A DNA stretch of 64,000 nucleotides, from assembly GCA_964016885.1 (NCBI GenBank), contig CAXHJY010000083.1:1-64000 (forward strand), written 5' to 3'. The translations under genes and the position numbers were made by a program. Source of the DNA: Eledone cirrhosa (Eukaryota). This document shows positions 15,726 through 28,399 of this stretch, in pieces. The notes beneath the pieces were generated by a model, which was given only the letters and a program-made list of their open reading frames with translations, made no database searches and was not told where the DNA came from. How positions within the stretch are numbered: the stretch's first letter is position 1; the number at the start of each line of letters is the position of its first letter.

Positions 15726-18700
15726 CAAACAAACAAATTAACAACACACCAAAACAATTAAAACCATCCACTCTCGCCTCTACATTTTTGCTTAACGCCC
15801 AAGGCATCAGCCCTTCCACCAATACTCAAAAATGGAAGATCAAATTCCTGGAGGACTGGATTGATGTCCATCCAAACCACATCCCTTTCTTCGTCCTCAC
15901 TGAAACCCATCTCAGTAACCTCCACTTGGAAGCCGAGGTGAAAGTGAAAAATTTCAAAGCCATCCGTGCTGATCGCGCTGGCAGAAGAAAGGGCGGAACT
16001 GCCATTTATGTCCATAATTCTTTCTCAACAGAGGCTATGAACATATTCACTAATGGATACTGTGAAGCAGTCACTGTATTCAGTCAAACCAACAACCTAT
16101 TAGTAGTTGGGCTCTATAGGCCACCCCAAACGCCTGTACCATGCTTCAAGGAATGCCTCAACAGCATAAAGTGTTTCATCCAAGAGTGTCACCCTGACAA
16201 CATCTTAATGATGGGGGACTTCAACCTCCCCGGAGTTGACTGGTCCACAAACAGCCTGCCACCAGGTTCTTCTGCCTCAACCTCTGATAGGGAAGCTGTG
16301 GAATCGCTTCTTGACTTCATGGATGATTTCTTCCTATCCCAACTGGTGCTCGAACCAACGAGGTGCCACAAAAACGTCCTAGACTTAATTTTCAGCAATC
16401 ACACTGACAATATCCACAATATTGCAGTGGAGAAAACTCTACTCTCTGATCATGACATGGTTCTCTGTGATCTGAGATTCCACCGTCCAATATACAAACC
16501 CAATGTCATCTCTCCTGTCCATCCGTTTGACGCTATGGATTTCCACAATGCAAACTGGGAAGCGATCAGTCATGATCTTGCACATGTCGACTGGTCCTTC
16601 ACGCACACTCATACACCCACTAACATCAAAAAGTCCTGGCAGACATTTGTGGACACTGTTACAAACATATGTGCTAAACACACCCCATTAAGAACTATAA
16701 ACAAATCTAAGAGCAGAATCCCTAGAAATAGAAAAACGCTCATCAGAAAAATTAAGAGAACGAACAAAAAAATCAACAAGCTGAAATACTGTCAGCAGCA
16801 ACACATCAACTTGACTGCCATTTCATCACTAGAGATTAAAAAACATAACCTCCAAAACAACATAATGTCCCTCATCAACAATCAGAGAAGAGCTGAAGAG
16901 GCCTGGGCCATTGAGAAGATCAAACTCAATCCCAAAGTGTTCTTTTCATTTGCAAAAAAACACAAAATCACTGGCTCTACTGTTGGCCCTCTAATTGATG
17001 AAAATGGCACTCTTCAAGACAATGCTAAAACCATGGGTGAGATACTGCAGAAACAATACTGCTCTGTTTTCAGCAATCCTGATATGGCCGATCTGGGCTG
17101 TATCAGCGATGTTACTCCCCATTACACCTTATCGGACATAACGTTTGGCGCCCCTGATGTCTTGGCGGCAATAAAGGAAATCAAGCATAATTCAGCAGTA
17201 GGTCCCGATAGGTTCCCTGCTTGTGTCTTGAAGGCGTGTCAACACCAACTTGCATCTCCTCTTGCCAATCTGTGGCGGAACTCACTGGATGCTGGATATG
17301 TGCCAGAAAACCTTCTATCCCAGTCTGTTGTCCCAGTTTTCAAAAAGGGAAACAAATCCCTTGCCGTGAATTACCGTCCAATCTCACTCACCTCTCATAT
17401 CATTAAGGTATTTGAGCGAGTGGTGAGATCGCGAATGACCCACTTCCTTGAGAGTAACAATATGCTGAACTCCAACCAGCATGGATTCCGTAATGGAAGG
17501 GATTGCCTGACGCAGCTACTGCATCACTTTGATGACATTTTGAGAGCCTTGGGAGAGGGTTCCAACACTGATGTTATCTACCTTGATTTCAGCAAGGCCT
17601 TTGACAGGGTTGATCATAACATTCTACTGAGAAAGCTGTCCAATATTGGTGTCACTGGAAAGCTGCTGCAGTGGATCAAGAGCTTCCTGTCAAACAGAAC
17701 CCAACATGTTGTAGTTGAGGGAGTCAAATCAAGCCCAGCCAAAGTGAGTAGTGGGGTCCCACAAGGCACTGTGTTGGGCCCACTTCTCTTCATCATCTAT
17801 ATTAATGACATCACTGACATCATCAAACACAGCAACATTAAAATTTTCGCTGATGATTCCAAGCTCCAAAAGGTCATCAATGGCGTGGATGACCGGATAA
17901 GCCTTCAGTCAGACCTACTGGCTGTTACCCAATGGGCAGAAAAGAACAACATGTTACTGAACGAAGACAAATTCGAACTGATCCACTTTGGAAAAGAGGA
18001 TGCTCTGAAACTCCCGTACTCCCTTCCCTCCGGGGAAGCTCTCGTGGCATCTAACAACATCAGAGACTTGGGAGTAACCGTGGACAGCAACATAAGCTGG
18101 ACCACGCATATAAGCAGCAAAGTTGACATGGCCCGCAGAATGTGTTCCTGGATCCTCAGAACCTTCCAGTCGAGAGATTCCCGCACCATTATCCTTCTCT
18201 TCTCTACTTTTGCCCGACCACACCTTGAATACTGTTGTCCACTGTGGTCTCCCCACACGCAACAAAGTATCATGAAACTTGAAGCTCCTCAAAGGGCAAT
18301 CACGAAAAAGATAGATGGCATGTCAGACCTTGACTACTGGGGTCGATTAGAAAACCTGAAACTTTACTCACTCCAACGTCGCCGTGAGCGTTATATTATC
18401 TGCATGATGTGGAAAATGTTCCATCATCACTGCCCAAATGATGTTGGCATCGCCTTCAAGATACACCCAAGGCTTGGGCCCCGTGCTATCCGTCCCATTC
18501 AAAAATCTAAATCGCAACTCATAACAACAATACGGCACAATTATTTCACCTCAATCGGCCCTGCTCTCTTCAACATCACATCAGGACACGTCAAAACAGA
18601 AACTGACCACACAAAATTCAAGAAGTCTTTGGACAAATTCCTCCAAGTAATCCCGGACAAACCACCCACACCCGGATATGTCTCCGCAAACAGTAATTCT

Positions 18701-18769
18701 CTTCTCGAATGGGCCATGGTGCCCAAATCCTTAATTGAAAGACTTCGCCAGGTGGTGCTATTAAGTTAG
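15713..18769 (+). CDS. LINE ORF2: APE endonuclease + reverse transcriptase
   Basis: LTETHL, YRPP, GDFN, SDH (APE); NYRPISLT, QHGF, DFSKAFD, GVPQG, FADD (RT); CR1-like C-terminus LEYCCPLWSP; no ATG at the start. Confidence 0.95.
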   Translation: MLPLTNKQINNTPKQLKPSTLASTFLLNAQGISPSTNTQKWKIKFLEDWIDVHPNHIPFFVLTETHLSNLHLEAEVKVKNFKAIRADRAGRRKGGTAIYVHNSFSTEAMNIFTNGYCEAVTVFSQTNNLLVVGLYRPPQTPVPCFKECLNSIKCFIQECHPDNILMMGDFNLPGVDWSTNSLPPGSSASTSDREAVESLLDFMDDFFLSQLVLEPTRCHKNVLDLIFSNHTDNIHNIAVEKTLLSDHDMVLCDLRFHRPIYKPNVISPVHPFDAMDFHNANWEAISHDLAHVDWSFTHTHTPTNIKKSWQTFVDTVTNICAKHTPLRTINKSKSRIPRNRKTLIRKIKRTNKKINKLKYCQQQHINLTAISSLEIKKHNLQNNIMSLINNQRRAEEAWAIEKIKLNPKVFFSFAKKHKITGSTVGPLIDENGTLQDNAKTMGEILQKQYCSVFSNPDMADLGCISDVTPHYTLSDITFGAPDVLAAIKEIKHNSAVGPDRFPACVLKACQHQLASPLANLWRNSLDAGYVPENLLSQSVVPVFKKGNKSLAVNYRPISLTSHIIKVFERVVRSRMTHFLESNNMLNSNQHGFRNGRDCLTQLLHHFDDILRALGEGSNTDVIYLDFSKAFDRVDHNILLRKLSNIGVTGKLLQWIKSFLSNRTQHVVVEGVKSSPAKVSSGVPQGTVLGPLLFIIYINDITDIIKHSNIKIFADDSKLQKVINGVDDRISLQSDLLAVTQWAEKNNMLLNEDKFELIHFGKEDALKLPYSLPSGEALVASNNIRDLGVTVDSNISWTTHISSKVDMARRMCSWILRTFQSRDSRTIILLFSTFARPHLEYCCPLWSPHTQQSIMKLEAPQRAITKKIDGMSDLDYWGRLENLKLYSLQRRRERYIICMMWKMFHHHCPNDVGIAFKIHPRLGPRAIRPIQKSKSQLITTIRHNYFTSIGPALFNITSGHVKTETDHTKFKKSLDKFLQVIPDKPPTPGYVSANSNSLLEWAMVPKSLIERLRQVVLLS

Positions 18770-18923
18770 ACATGGCCTGGGCCAATACTGGCCAAAACAT
18801 TTCAAAGTTATTCAAAGTTCAAAGTTATATATATATATATATACATACATATATATATATGAAATATATGAAATATATGAAATATGAAATATAAGAATCA
18901 AAGAACTGTTCAAAACATTATTG

Positions 18924-18970
18924 TGCTTACAGCTGTTTCCTCCAAACCGAGGTTTGGATTCTTCGGAGCA
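18924..18970 (-). ncRNA. Variant minimal type I hammerhead in 3' pLTR
   Basis: TGCT-CCGAAGA-a-TCCAAAC-ctcg-GTTTGGA-g-GAAA-CAGCTG-TA-AGCA; palindromic stem III; core U4 replaced by C. Confidence 0.6.
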
Positions 18971-20413
18971 ATTTATTAATGCATGGACAGTTATATGACC
19001 TCCTCATCAGTCGAGAGACATACCAATACATATTCAAACATTGATACATATTCAAACATTGTGGGTCAACATTCATTACAGAATTTAGAGTGGCAGTACA
19101 CACTTCGAGATTACATTTATATTAATAGGTACAATCAAAAATCAAAGATATAGGTTAAAGTACAACATGAAGATAAGTGGTTATATAGTGCAAATGTTAT
19201 ATGTGTGGCACGCATGTGCGTCTTGTTTATATAGTGTGGCAGAGAGATATGTGTGGTAGAGGCACTTAGGTAGGTAAATAAGAGTGTTAGGTTGGTAGAT
19301 CTGGTGGCAAAGTCTTTATATGATTGATATAGTCTGTGTGTGGAGAAATATTATAAGCATTAAAGATAGTGCAAGCATTAAAAGTGTTATAAGTATTGGA
19401 GATGCACAGCGCAGGGATGTCAAGTAATTCATGTACTTCGGCATTTTCATGGTCAAGGGAGTGTATATTTCGATTATATGCCTTTCACATAATCCACGAC
19501 GATCCAGTTAGAGATCGTAGTCTGGTGTTCTTTAGTTCGATACAGGAGGTTGTTACGTTTCGAGAGACGCCATTGAATACCGGAAGTGTGTGTGTGGCTA
19601 AGGGGAGTTAATGCATGCGGGGAGGTAACTCTGGGGTTTCTATTTCTAGCCATTAAAATGTGTCCCAATATAGACCCTAAATTCTATGGTGAGGTGCACC
19701 TTCCAAGAGAGACTTTTAAAGCATAAAGTGTACTAACTATAGAGTAGTTTAACTAAATTATGCTGAAGGTGATCATATTATTATTAAGGTGGATTAACCC
19801 ATCTTAAGGTGCTACAAATGGAAATTATAGATGATGGGCGAGGATTCTAAATTAATGATCTCTGTGGTTGCAGTCTGCTCATATGACCAGGCGCGGTGAT
19901 TGCAGGATTGCTTCAGGACCCAATGATCTCTGGTAAGATCTGGGTCATCGCTTGCTACATTGGATGTCGAAAGATAATCGTCCCCAGGCAGGCCAAAGGT
20001 CGATCCGCAGTCCTCGCGACCCCTCTCTGACCGTCAGATCATCCATATACGTACAACCCGCACGGCAGTTGCATTGCATTCACTCACTGCGCTCAGCAGC
20101 CCGGTCCTACTGGTCAACAGCGCTACTCGATTAAATCATTTTACATCTGTCTAAGGAAGGTGTTTCCTCTGCCCAACACCATCCAACCGATCAATTCATG
20201 CTCAAATTACCCTTAGAGCGGTGTAGTGCCGTCCAGGTGGGTGGATGTTGTCACACCTGCCGTAGAGGTATAAATGGGTATTTTCCCTGCGAAGGGTTCC
20301 AGAGGGATGTCGTTGTTTGTGTTATAATGGATCAGCTAGTGTTGGGTATGTAGTATAGGGTGTGTCTCTGGTGTTTGATGCTAGATGTGGTGTTAGGTTC
20401 CAGTCCGACATTG

Positions 20414-22873
20414 CTATATATAGGGCTTAAAGTTTTGGAAGGAATGTCTGAGGCGGTGCTGGCAAGTTGCAAACACCTCAGATTTTTTGTTAAGTAGGTT
20501 ACGGTTGGAGAAGATAATATTGTGTGTCTCTAGTATACAGAGGTTACAGAATTTATTAGGTGGTTTGTACGAGGTCGCGCTGCCTATCACTTCCCATTTG
20601 AGTGTGTATGGTTTATTTTTAGATTTTAGATAGTGTATGTAGCTAGAAAGTGAGGTGGAGTTGGCTAGGCTGTGCTTTTTGAACGAGTGGATGTGCGAGT
20701 TATATCTAATTTTGAAGCAGTTAGAAGTGGAGCCTACATAGGTTTCTGAAGAGTTATTAGTCGTGACTGTGCATGAGTATATGACATCCTTGGTTAGGCA
20801 TTTTTTATCTAAAGGGCAGGTTCTATTAGCTCTACAGTTACAATTATTCTGTGCGTTAGTCCGCTGGTTATAATGCAATGCGGAAGTCTGTGTGGTGGAT
20901 ATAGGATTTTGGGTGTTCAGGTTGACAACCCTGGTGTTATTACTTATACTAGTGTTATTTCTATTGTTACTGCCGTTGCTATTGTTGCTTGCTACAGTGG
21001 TATTTAGAGGGTTTGCATCCCGTTGTGATTTTGTTTGTTGGAAGTAAGAACTAATTTTACTATTATTGCTGCTAGCTATGTGGTATGCTAAGTTAGGCGT
21101 CGTAGAGTATGAGATTTTAATGGTGTTTTTGTTTAAGAGGTTGTGGTACTTGTGTCCTAGAGGGAAGTTTTTATCTAGTAGTGAGAAGAAAGCCCTAGGT
21201 ATGTTGGTGGAGACATTTAGGTTGAAAGGAGGGTTGAAAAATGTATTATTTCTTCTTCTATTTTTGCTTTTAGTGTTTGGTGTGTTGCTTCCTCCTAAGG
21301 CCTCACAGTAGTTTCCATGGTAATGGTTACTTCCGGTGGCACCCTCCGCTTTGGTGTACTTGTGGTTGCTATTCCTATTATTAGATTTCCTCATGGACAT
21401 GTTGTGCGAGATGATGTTGTAGCTATGTGTTTTCTTAGGTAGGAACTCTATTTCTATATTATGGCCGGAGCTAGCTAATGCTTGATTGTAATATTGTGAG
21501 TTTTTGCTAAATATGTTTGCGTCATAGGACAGACTAGAGATTCTATTGGACACCCCCTTAGAGATAGAGTTTAATATTGATCTAGGGTGATTAGACTTGG
21601 TATCTACGTAAATAAGTTTCTCATTAGGCTTATGGAAAGGTGTATATATTTTTGAGTCTAGGTATAGTGTGGCGTCTAGGAAGTTAACATTTTTAGTGTT
21701 TTTGTCCATGGTGATACTAAGGTTAAAGTTTTTGAATGTCTTATGCAGTTGTTTTCTAGTTCTTTCTATATTAAATTTTTTATATTCTATGAGTAGAAGT
21801 GCATCATCGCGGTACAAACCACCGTTGAGGTAAGGGAGGTCTTTATGGATTTCATTGAGGAGGTATAGGCCGACCAAATCAGTGACCTGCGCCGAGTCAC
21901 TAGATCCCATGGTTATGTCGAAGTTGTTGTGCGTATCCTTGCGTGTCCATAGTTGGTCCTCGAAGGTGATTATGGTTTTACGGGCCGCAAGGATGACATC
22001 AACCTGGGCTCTAGTCAGGTCGCTATTGGTCATGGCCATGATAAGTGCCTTATTTAATAGGATAGGGGAAATAGAGGTGTAGTATGAATTGATATCAAAT
22101 TGAATAAATTTTTTGTTCTTATTATTCTTGATATCCTTAAACCATTCAATTACTTCACCCGTATTTCCCCATTGTTTAAGGTGTATCTTGTGTTTAATTT
22201 GTGGGATGATTTTATCCAAAATCTTCTTGCTGATAATACCAATGTCGGACTTGGAAGGGCAGATAAGTCTTATCGTGGGGTTGCTGATGAAGTTCTCCTT
22301 ATGGTCCTTCAGAGAGAATCTAGGGGGGTTCGGAGTGAAAGGTTGTGTATGCCTCTGTAGTCCTAGTTTAGACACTATATTATAACCCTCTACATTAATA
22401 TCTTCTAAGTTTTTCAAGGTGGTTTTTTTGTAGCTTTTATGTAGTTCATTATATATAAACTTTCTATAAGTAATATAATCTAGGCTGTATATGTTATTAG
22501 TTTTATCTGCGTGTACAATAATTTTATTACTAGTTTTGAATCCACTAATAGAAGTGTTAAGTTTGTTTAAGAAGGTGTTGCTTCTAATATGGTGCTTATT
22601 GTATTTAATGTTCTTAACTAGTTTAACTAGGTCATTTTCAAAGGAGTTAAGTAGAGTGTTATGAGGGGGGCTTTTAAAGGTTTTAAAGCCGAAGGAGTCA
22701 AAATTGTTAGTATTATTCAAGTTGTTAGATTTGTTTCTATCATAATGGAATGTCTTCCATCTCACTCTATTGATAAATGAATTTACACTGTTGATCAGCA
22801 ATTTCTCATATGTATTCCTGGATGGTATTGGTATGTTCTTGGCTGACATGGGGAGTTGGTCTTTGATTAGCAT
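20414..22873 (-). CDS. PLE polyprotein: RT + C-terminal GIY-YIG endonuclease (819 aa)
   Basis: ADKT, FDI, ITMGSS, YRDD; CNC..CPL..C linker; VIY..YVGST..R..H; CNLC..E..LLNK..C.H. Confidence 0.93.
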   Translation of the reverse strand: MLIKDQLPMSAKNIPIPSRNTYEKLLINSVNSFINRVRWKTFHYDRNKSNNLNNTNNFDSFGFKTFKSPPHNTLLNSFENDLVKLVKNIKYNKHHIRSNTFLNKLNTSISGFKTSNKIIVHADKTNNIYSLDYITYRKFIYNELHKSYKKTTLKNLEDINVEGYNIVSKLGLQRHTQPFTPNPPRFSLKDHKENFISNPTIRLICPSKSDIGIISKKILDKIIPQIKHKIHLKQWGNTGEVIEWFKDIKNNKNKKFIQFDINSYYTSISPILLNKALIMAMTNSDLTRAQVDVILAARKTIITFEDQLWTRKDTHNNFDITMGSSDSAQVTDLVGLYLLNEIHKDLPYLNGGLYRDDALLLIEYKKFNIERTRKQLHKTFKNFNLSITMDKNTKNVNFLDATLYLDSKIYTPFHKPNEKLIYVDTKSNHPRSILNSISKGVSNRISSLSYDANIFSKNSQYYNQALASSGHNIEIEFLPKKTHSYNIISHNMSMRKSNNRNSNHKYTKAEGATGSNHYHGNYCEALGGSNTPNTKSKNRRRNNTFFNPPFNLNVSTNIPRAFFSLLDKNFPLGHKYHNLLNKNTIKISYSTTPNLAYHIASSNNSKISSYFQQTKSQRDANPLNTTVASNNSNGSNNRNNTSISNNTRVVNLNTQNPISTTQTSALHYNQRTNAQNNCNCRANRTCPLDKKCLTKDVIYSCTVTTNNSSETYVGSTSNCFKIRYNSHIHSFKKHSLANSTSLSSYIHYLKSKNKPYTLKWEVIGSATSYKPPNKFCNLCILETHNIIFSNRNLLNKKSEVFATCQHRLRHSFQNFKPYI

Positions 22874-23122
22874 ATTGGCAATATTATATGTCAGCTCAAT
22901 GATATGGAGCAGTTAATAGTATTAGTTATACTATTTATGGTTATGTAAACACAAAACCTTAAGCAGTTGTAAGTATTTTACACACACCCTAAATAGTGGT
23001 AGGCAGTAATGTATTACTACCTTATTACCAGTAAGTTAAGTAGCTCAATGTAAAAACATCAGATGATTTACAGAGCAGTTATATGAAATATAAGAATCAA
23101 AGAACTGTTCAAAACATTATTG

Positions 23123-23169
23123 TGCTTACAGCTGTTTCCTCCAAACCGAGGTTTGGATTCTTCGGAGCA
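23123..23169 (-). ncRNA. Variant hammerhead in 5' pLTR
   Basis: Identical to 18924-18970. Confidence 0.6.
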
Positions 23170-23584
23170 ATTTATTAATGCATGGACAGTTATATGACCT
23201 CCTCATCAGCCGAGAGACATACCAATACATATTCAAACATTGATACATATTCAAACATTGTGGGTCAACATTCATTACAGAATTTAGAGTGGCAGTACAC
23301 ACTTCGAGATTACATTTATATTAATAGGTACAATCAAAAATCAAAGATATAGGTTAAAGTACAACATGAAGATAAGTGGTTATATAGTGCAAATGTTATA
23401 TGTGTGGCACGCATGTGCGTCTTGTTTATATAGTGTGGCAGAGAGATATGTGTGGTAGAGGCACTTAGGTAGGTAAATAAGAGTGTTAGGTTGGTAGATC
23501 TGGTGGCAAAGTCTTTATATGATTGATATAGTCTGTGTGTGGAGAAATATTATAAGCATTAAAGATAGTGCAAGCATTAAAAGT

Positions 23585-25492
<1,908 letters not shown>

Positions 25493-26102
25493 ATGGTGGC
25501 TGCCAACTCGTTTTCGAGTACGGCCACTACTTTATATCCATATAGGAGAACCCCTACCGATGCACTGAACGAGTGTGACCTTTTAGTCCAGCCAGCGACT
25601 TGAAAACTCTGGTACAAACACTACACTTGTGACAAATATTGACACATAGTGCTGGGGCCATGGTACCCTGTGACGACAAGTGCAGAGAGATCTCCAGATA
25701 TAAAGCAATGCCTGTGCCGTGAAGCTTTTATAGTGAGCAAAGGCACTGCACAAAGCCAGTCCCACTCTCTTAACCAAGATGATATTTACCAAAAAGAAGA
25801 ACAAGTCAACATCATTGGATACCATCAGAGTTGCAGGTGTTATATCAGAGTTTTCCTTCTCCTAGAATTCTGCCTTGACAAAGGCTAAGGGGTCATCTCT
25901 CCCGGTGATTTTGGATGGCCATTGACTCTTAAGAGCTCCTTTGCCCTTTGACAGGTCTTGTTTTTAGTCCTGCAGGATGTCCAAAGTCACCCTCCTCACC
26001 AAGAAACCTTGGTGGGGTTGCCAGTTTAGTCGCCAACGACCCGACCATGGGACAGGTTGTCCTGGGATACATGTTACCAGTAGCACCAACTGGTGACCTG
26101 AC
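25493..26102 (-). mobile_element. Non-coding ~600 bp element, probably a non-autonomous RTE derivative (copy 1)
   Basis: Highly similar to 26755-27302; RTE-like 3' stem-loop end (CTCGAAAACGAG-TTGGCAGCCACCAT); strand and family inferred. Confidence 0.6.
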
Positions 26103-26250
26103 ATATATATACATATATATATATACATACATATATATATATATACATACATATATATATATATATATACATACATATATATATACATACATATATATAT
26201 ATATATATACATACATATATATATATACATACATATATATATATATATAC

Positions 26251-26284
<34 letters not shown>

Positions 26285-26386
26285 ATATACATACATACAT
26301 ATATATATACATACATACATATATATATACATACATACATATATATATACATACATACATATATATATACATACATACATATATAT

Positions 26387-26419
<33 letters not shown>

Positions 26420-26424
26420 TATAT

Positions 26425-26457
<33 letters not shown>

Positions 26458-26620
26458 CATACATACATACATATATATATACATACATACATACATATAT
26501 ATATACATACATACATACATACATATATATATATATATACATACATACATACATACATATATATATACATACATACATACATACATATATATATACATAC
26601 ATACATACATACATATATAT

Positions 26621-26689
<69 letters not shown>

Positions 26690-26720
26690 TATACATACAT
26701 ACATACATACATATATATAT

Positions 26721-26754
<34 letters not shown>

Positions 26755-26756
<2 letters not shown>

Positions 26757-27300
26757 GGTGGCTGCCAACTCGTTTTCGAGTACGGCCACTACTTTATAAC
26801 CATGTAGGAGAACCCCTACCGATACGCTGAACGAGTGTGACTTTTTAGTCCAGCCAGCAACTTGAAAACTCTGGTACAAACACTACACTTGTGACAATTA
26901 TTGACACATAGTGCTGGGCCCATGGTACCATGTAATGACAAGTGCAGAGAGATCTCCAGATACAAAGCAATGCCTGTGCCGTGAAGCTTTTATAGTGAGC
27001 AAAGGCACTGCACAAAGCCAGTCCCACTCTCTTAACCAAGATGATATTTACCAAAAAGAAGAACAAGTCAACATCATTGGATACCATCAGGGTTGCAGGT
27101 GTTATATCAGAGTTTTCCTTCTCCTAGAATTCTGCCTTGACAAAGGCTAAGGGGTCATCTCTCCCGGTGATTTTGGATGGCCATTGACTCTTAAGAGCTC
27201 CTTTGCCCTTTGACAGGTTTTGTTTTTAGTCCTGCAGGATGTCCAAAGTCACCCTCCTCACCAAGAAACCTTAGTGGGGTTGCCAGTTTAGTCGCCAACG

Positions 27301-27302
<2 letters not shown>
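26755..27302 (-). mobile_element. Second copy of the ~600 bp non-autonomous element, ~60 bp shorter
   Basis: Direct repeat of 25493-26040 with scattered substitutions. Confidence 0.6.
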
Positions 27303-27331
<29 letters not shown>

Positions 27332-27380
27332 CATACATACATACATACATATATATATATACATACATATATATATATAT

Positions 27381-27413
<33 letters not shown>

Positions 27414-27430
27414 TATACATATATATATAT

Positions 27431-27463
<33 letters not shown>

Positions 27464-27549
27464 TATATACATACATATATATATATATACATACATACAT
27501 ATATATACATACATACATATATATATATATACATACATATATATATATA

Positions 27550-27585
<36 letters not shown>

Positions 27586-27659
27586 TATATATACATACAT
27601 ATATATATATATACATACATACATATATATATATATACATACATACATATATATATATA

Positions 27660-27695
<36 letters not shown>

Positions 27696-27780
27696 TATAT
27701 ACATACATATATATATATATATATACATACATACATACATACATATATATACATACATACATATATATACATACATATAC

Positions 27781-27811
<31 letters not shown>

Positions 27812-27826
27812 CATACATACATATAC

Positions 27827-27857
<31 letters not shown>

Positions 27858-27904
27858 CATACATACATATATATATATACATACATATATATATATATAT
27901 ACAC

Positions 27905-27975
<71 letters not shown>

Positions 27976-27998
27976 CATACATACATATATATATATAT

Positions 27999-28029
<31 letters not shown>

Positions 28030-28050
28030 CATACATATATATATATATAT

Positions 28051-28113
<63 letters not shown>

Positions 28114-28183
28114 CATACATATATATATATATATATACATACATATATATATATATACATACATATATATATATATACATACA

Positions 28184-28233
<50 letters not shown>

Positions 28234-28242
28234 CATATATAC

Positions 28243-28279
<37 letters not shown>

Positions 28280-28287
28280 CATACACA

Positions 28288-28391
<104 letters not shown>

Positions 28392-28399
28392 CATACATA

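Larger units (their letters stand above)
14185..18826 (+). mobile_element. Apparently intact two-ORF CR1/Jockey-group LINE
   Basis: 5' UTR with a 50-bp tandem duplication, ORF1, ORF2, and short 3' tail repeats (TTCAAAGTTA). Confidence 0.9.
18882..23584 (-). mobile_element. Penelope-like retroelement (Naiad-type) with direct pseudo-LTRs
   Basis: ~500 bp direct repeats at 18882-19385 and 23081-23584 (offset 4199) flank an intact RT+GIY-YIG ORF. Confidence 0.92.

Noticed and set aside
19385-22873. Selenocysteine/SECIS, described for some Naiad elements
   Set aside because: ORF has no in-frame TGA and ends in TAG; the AUGA-containing hairpin near 19916-19948 pairs Watson-Crick instead of forming the tandem G.A core
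26020-26100. HDV-like ribozyme at the 5' end of the non-autonomous element
   Set aside because: P4 and CUAA-like joiner are plausible, but P1 is mismatched and loop 3 lacks correctly placed CC
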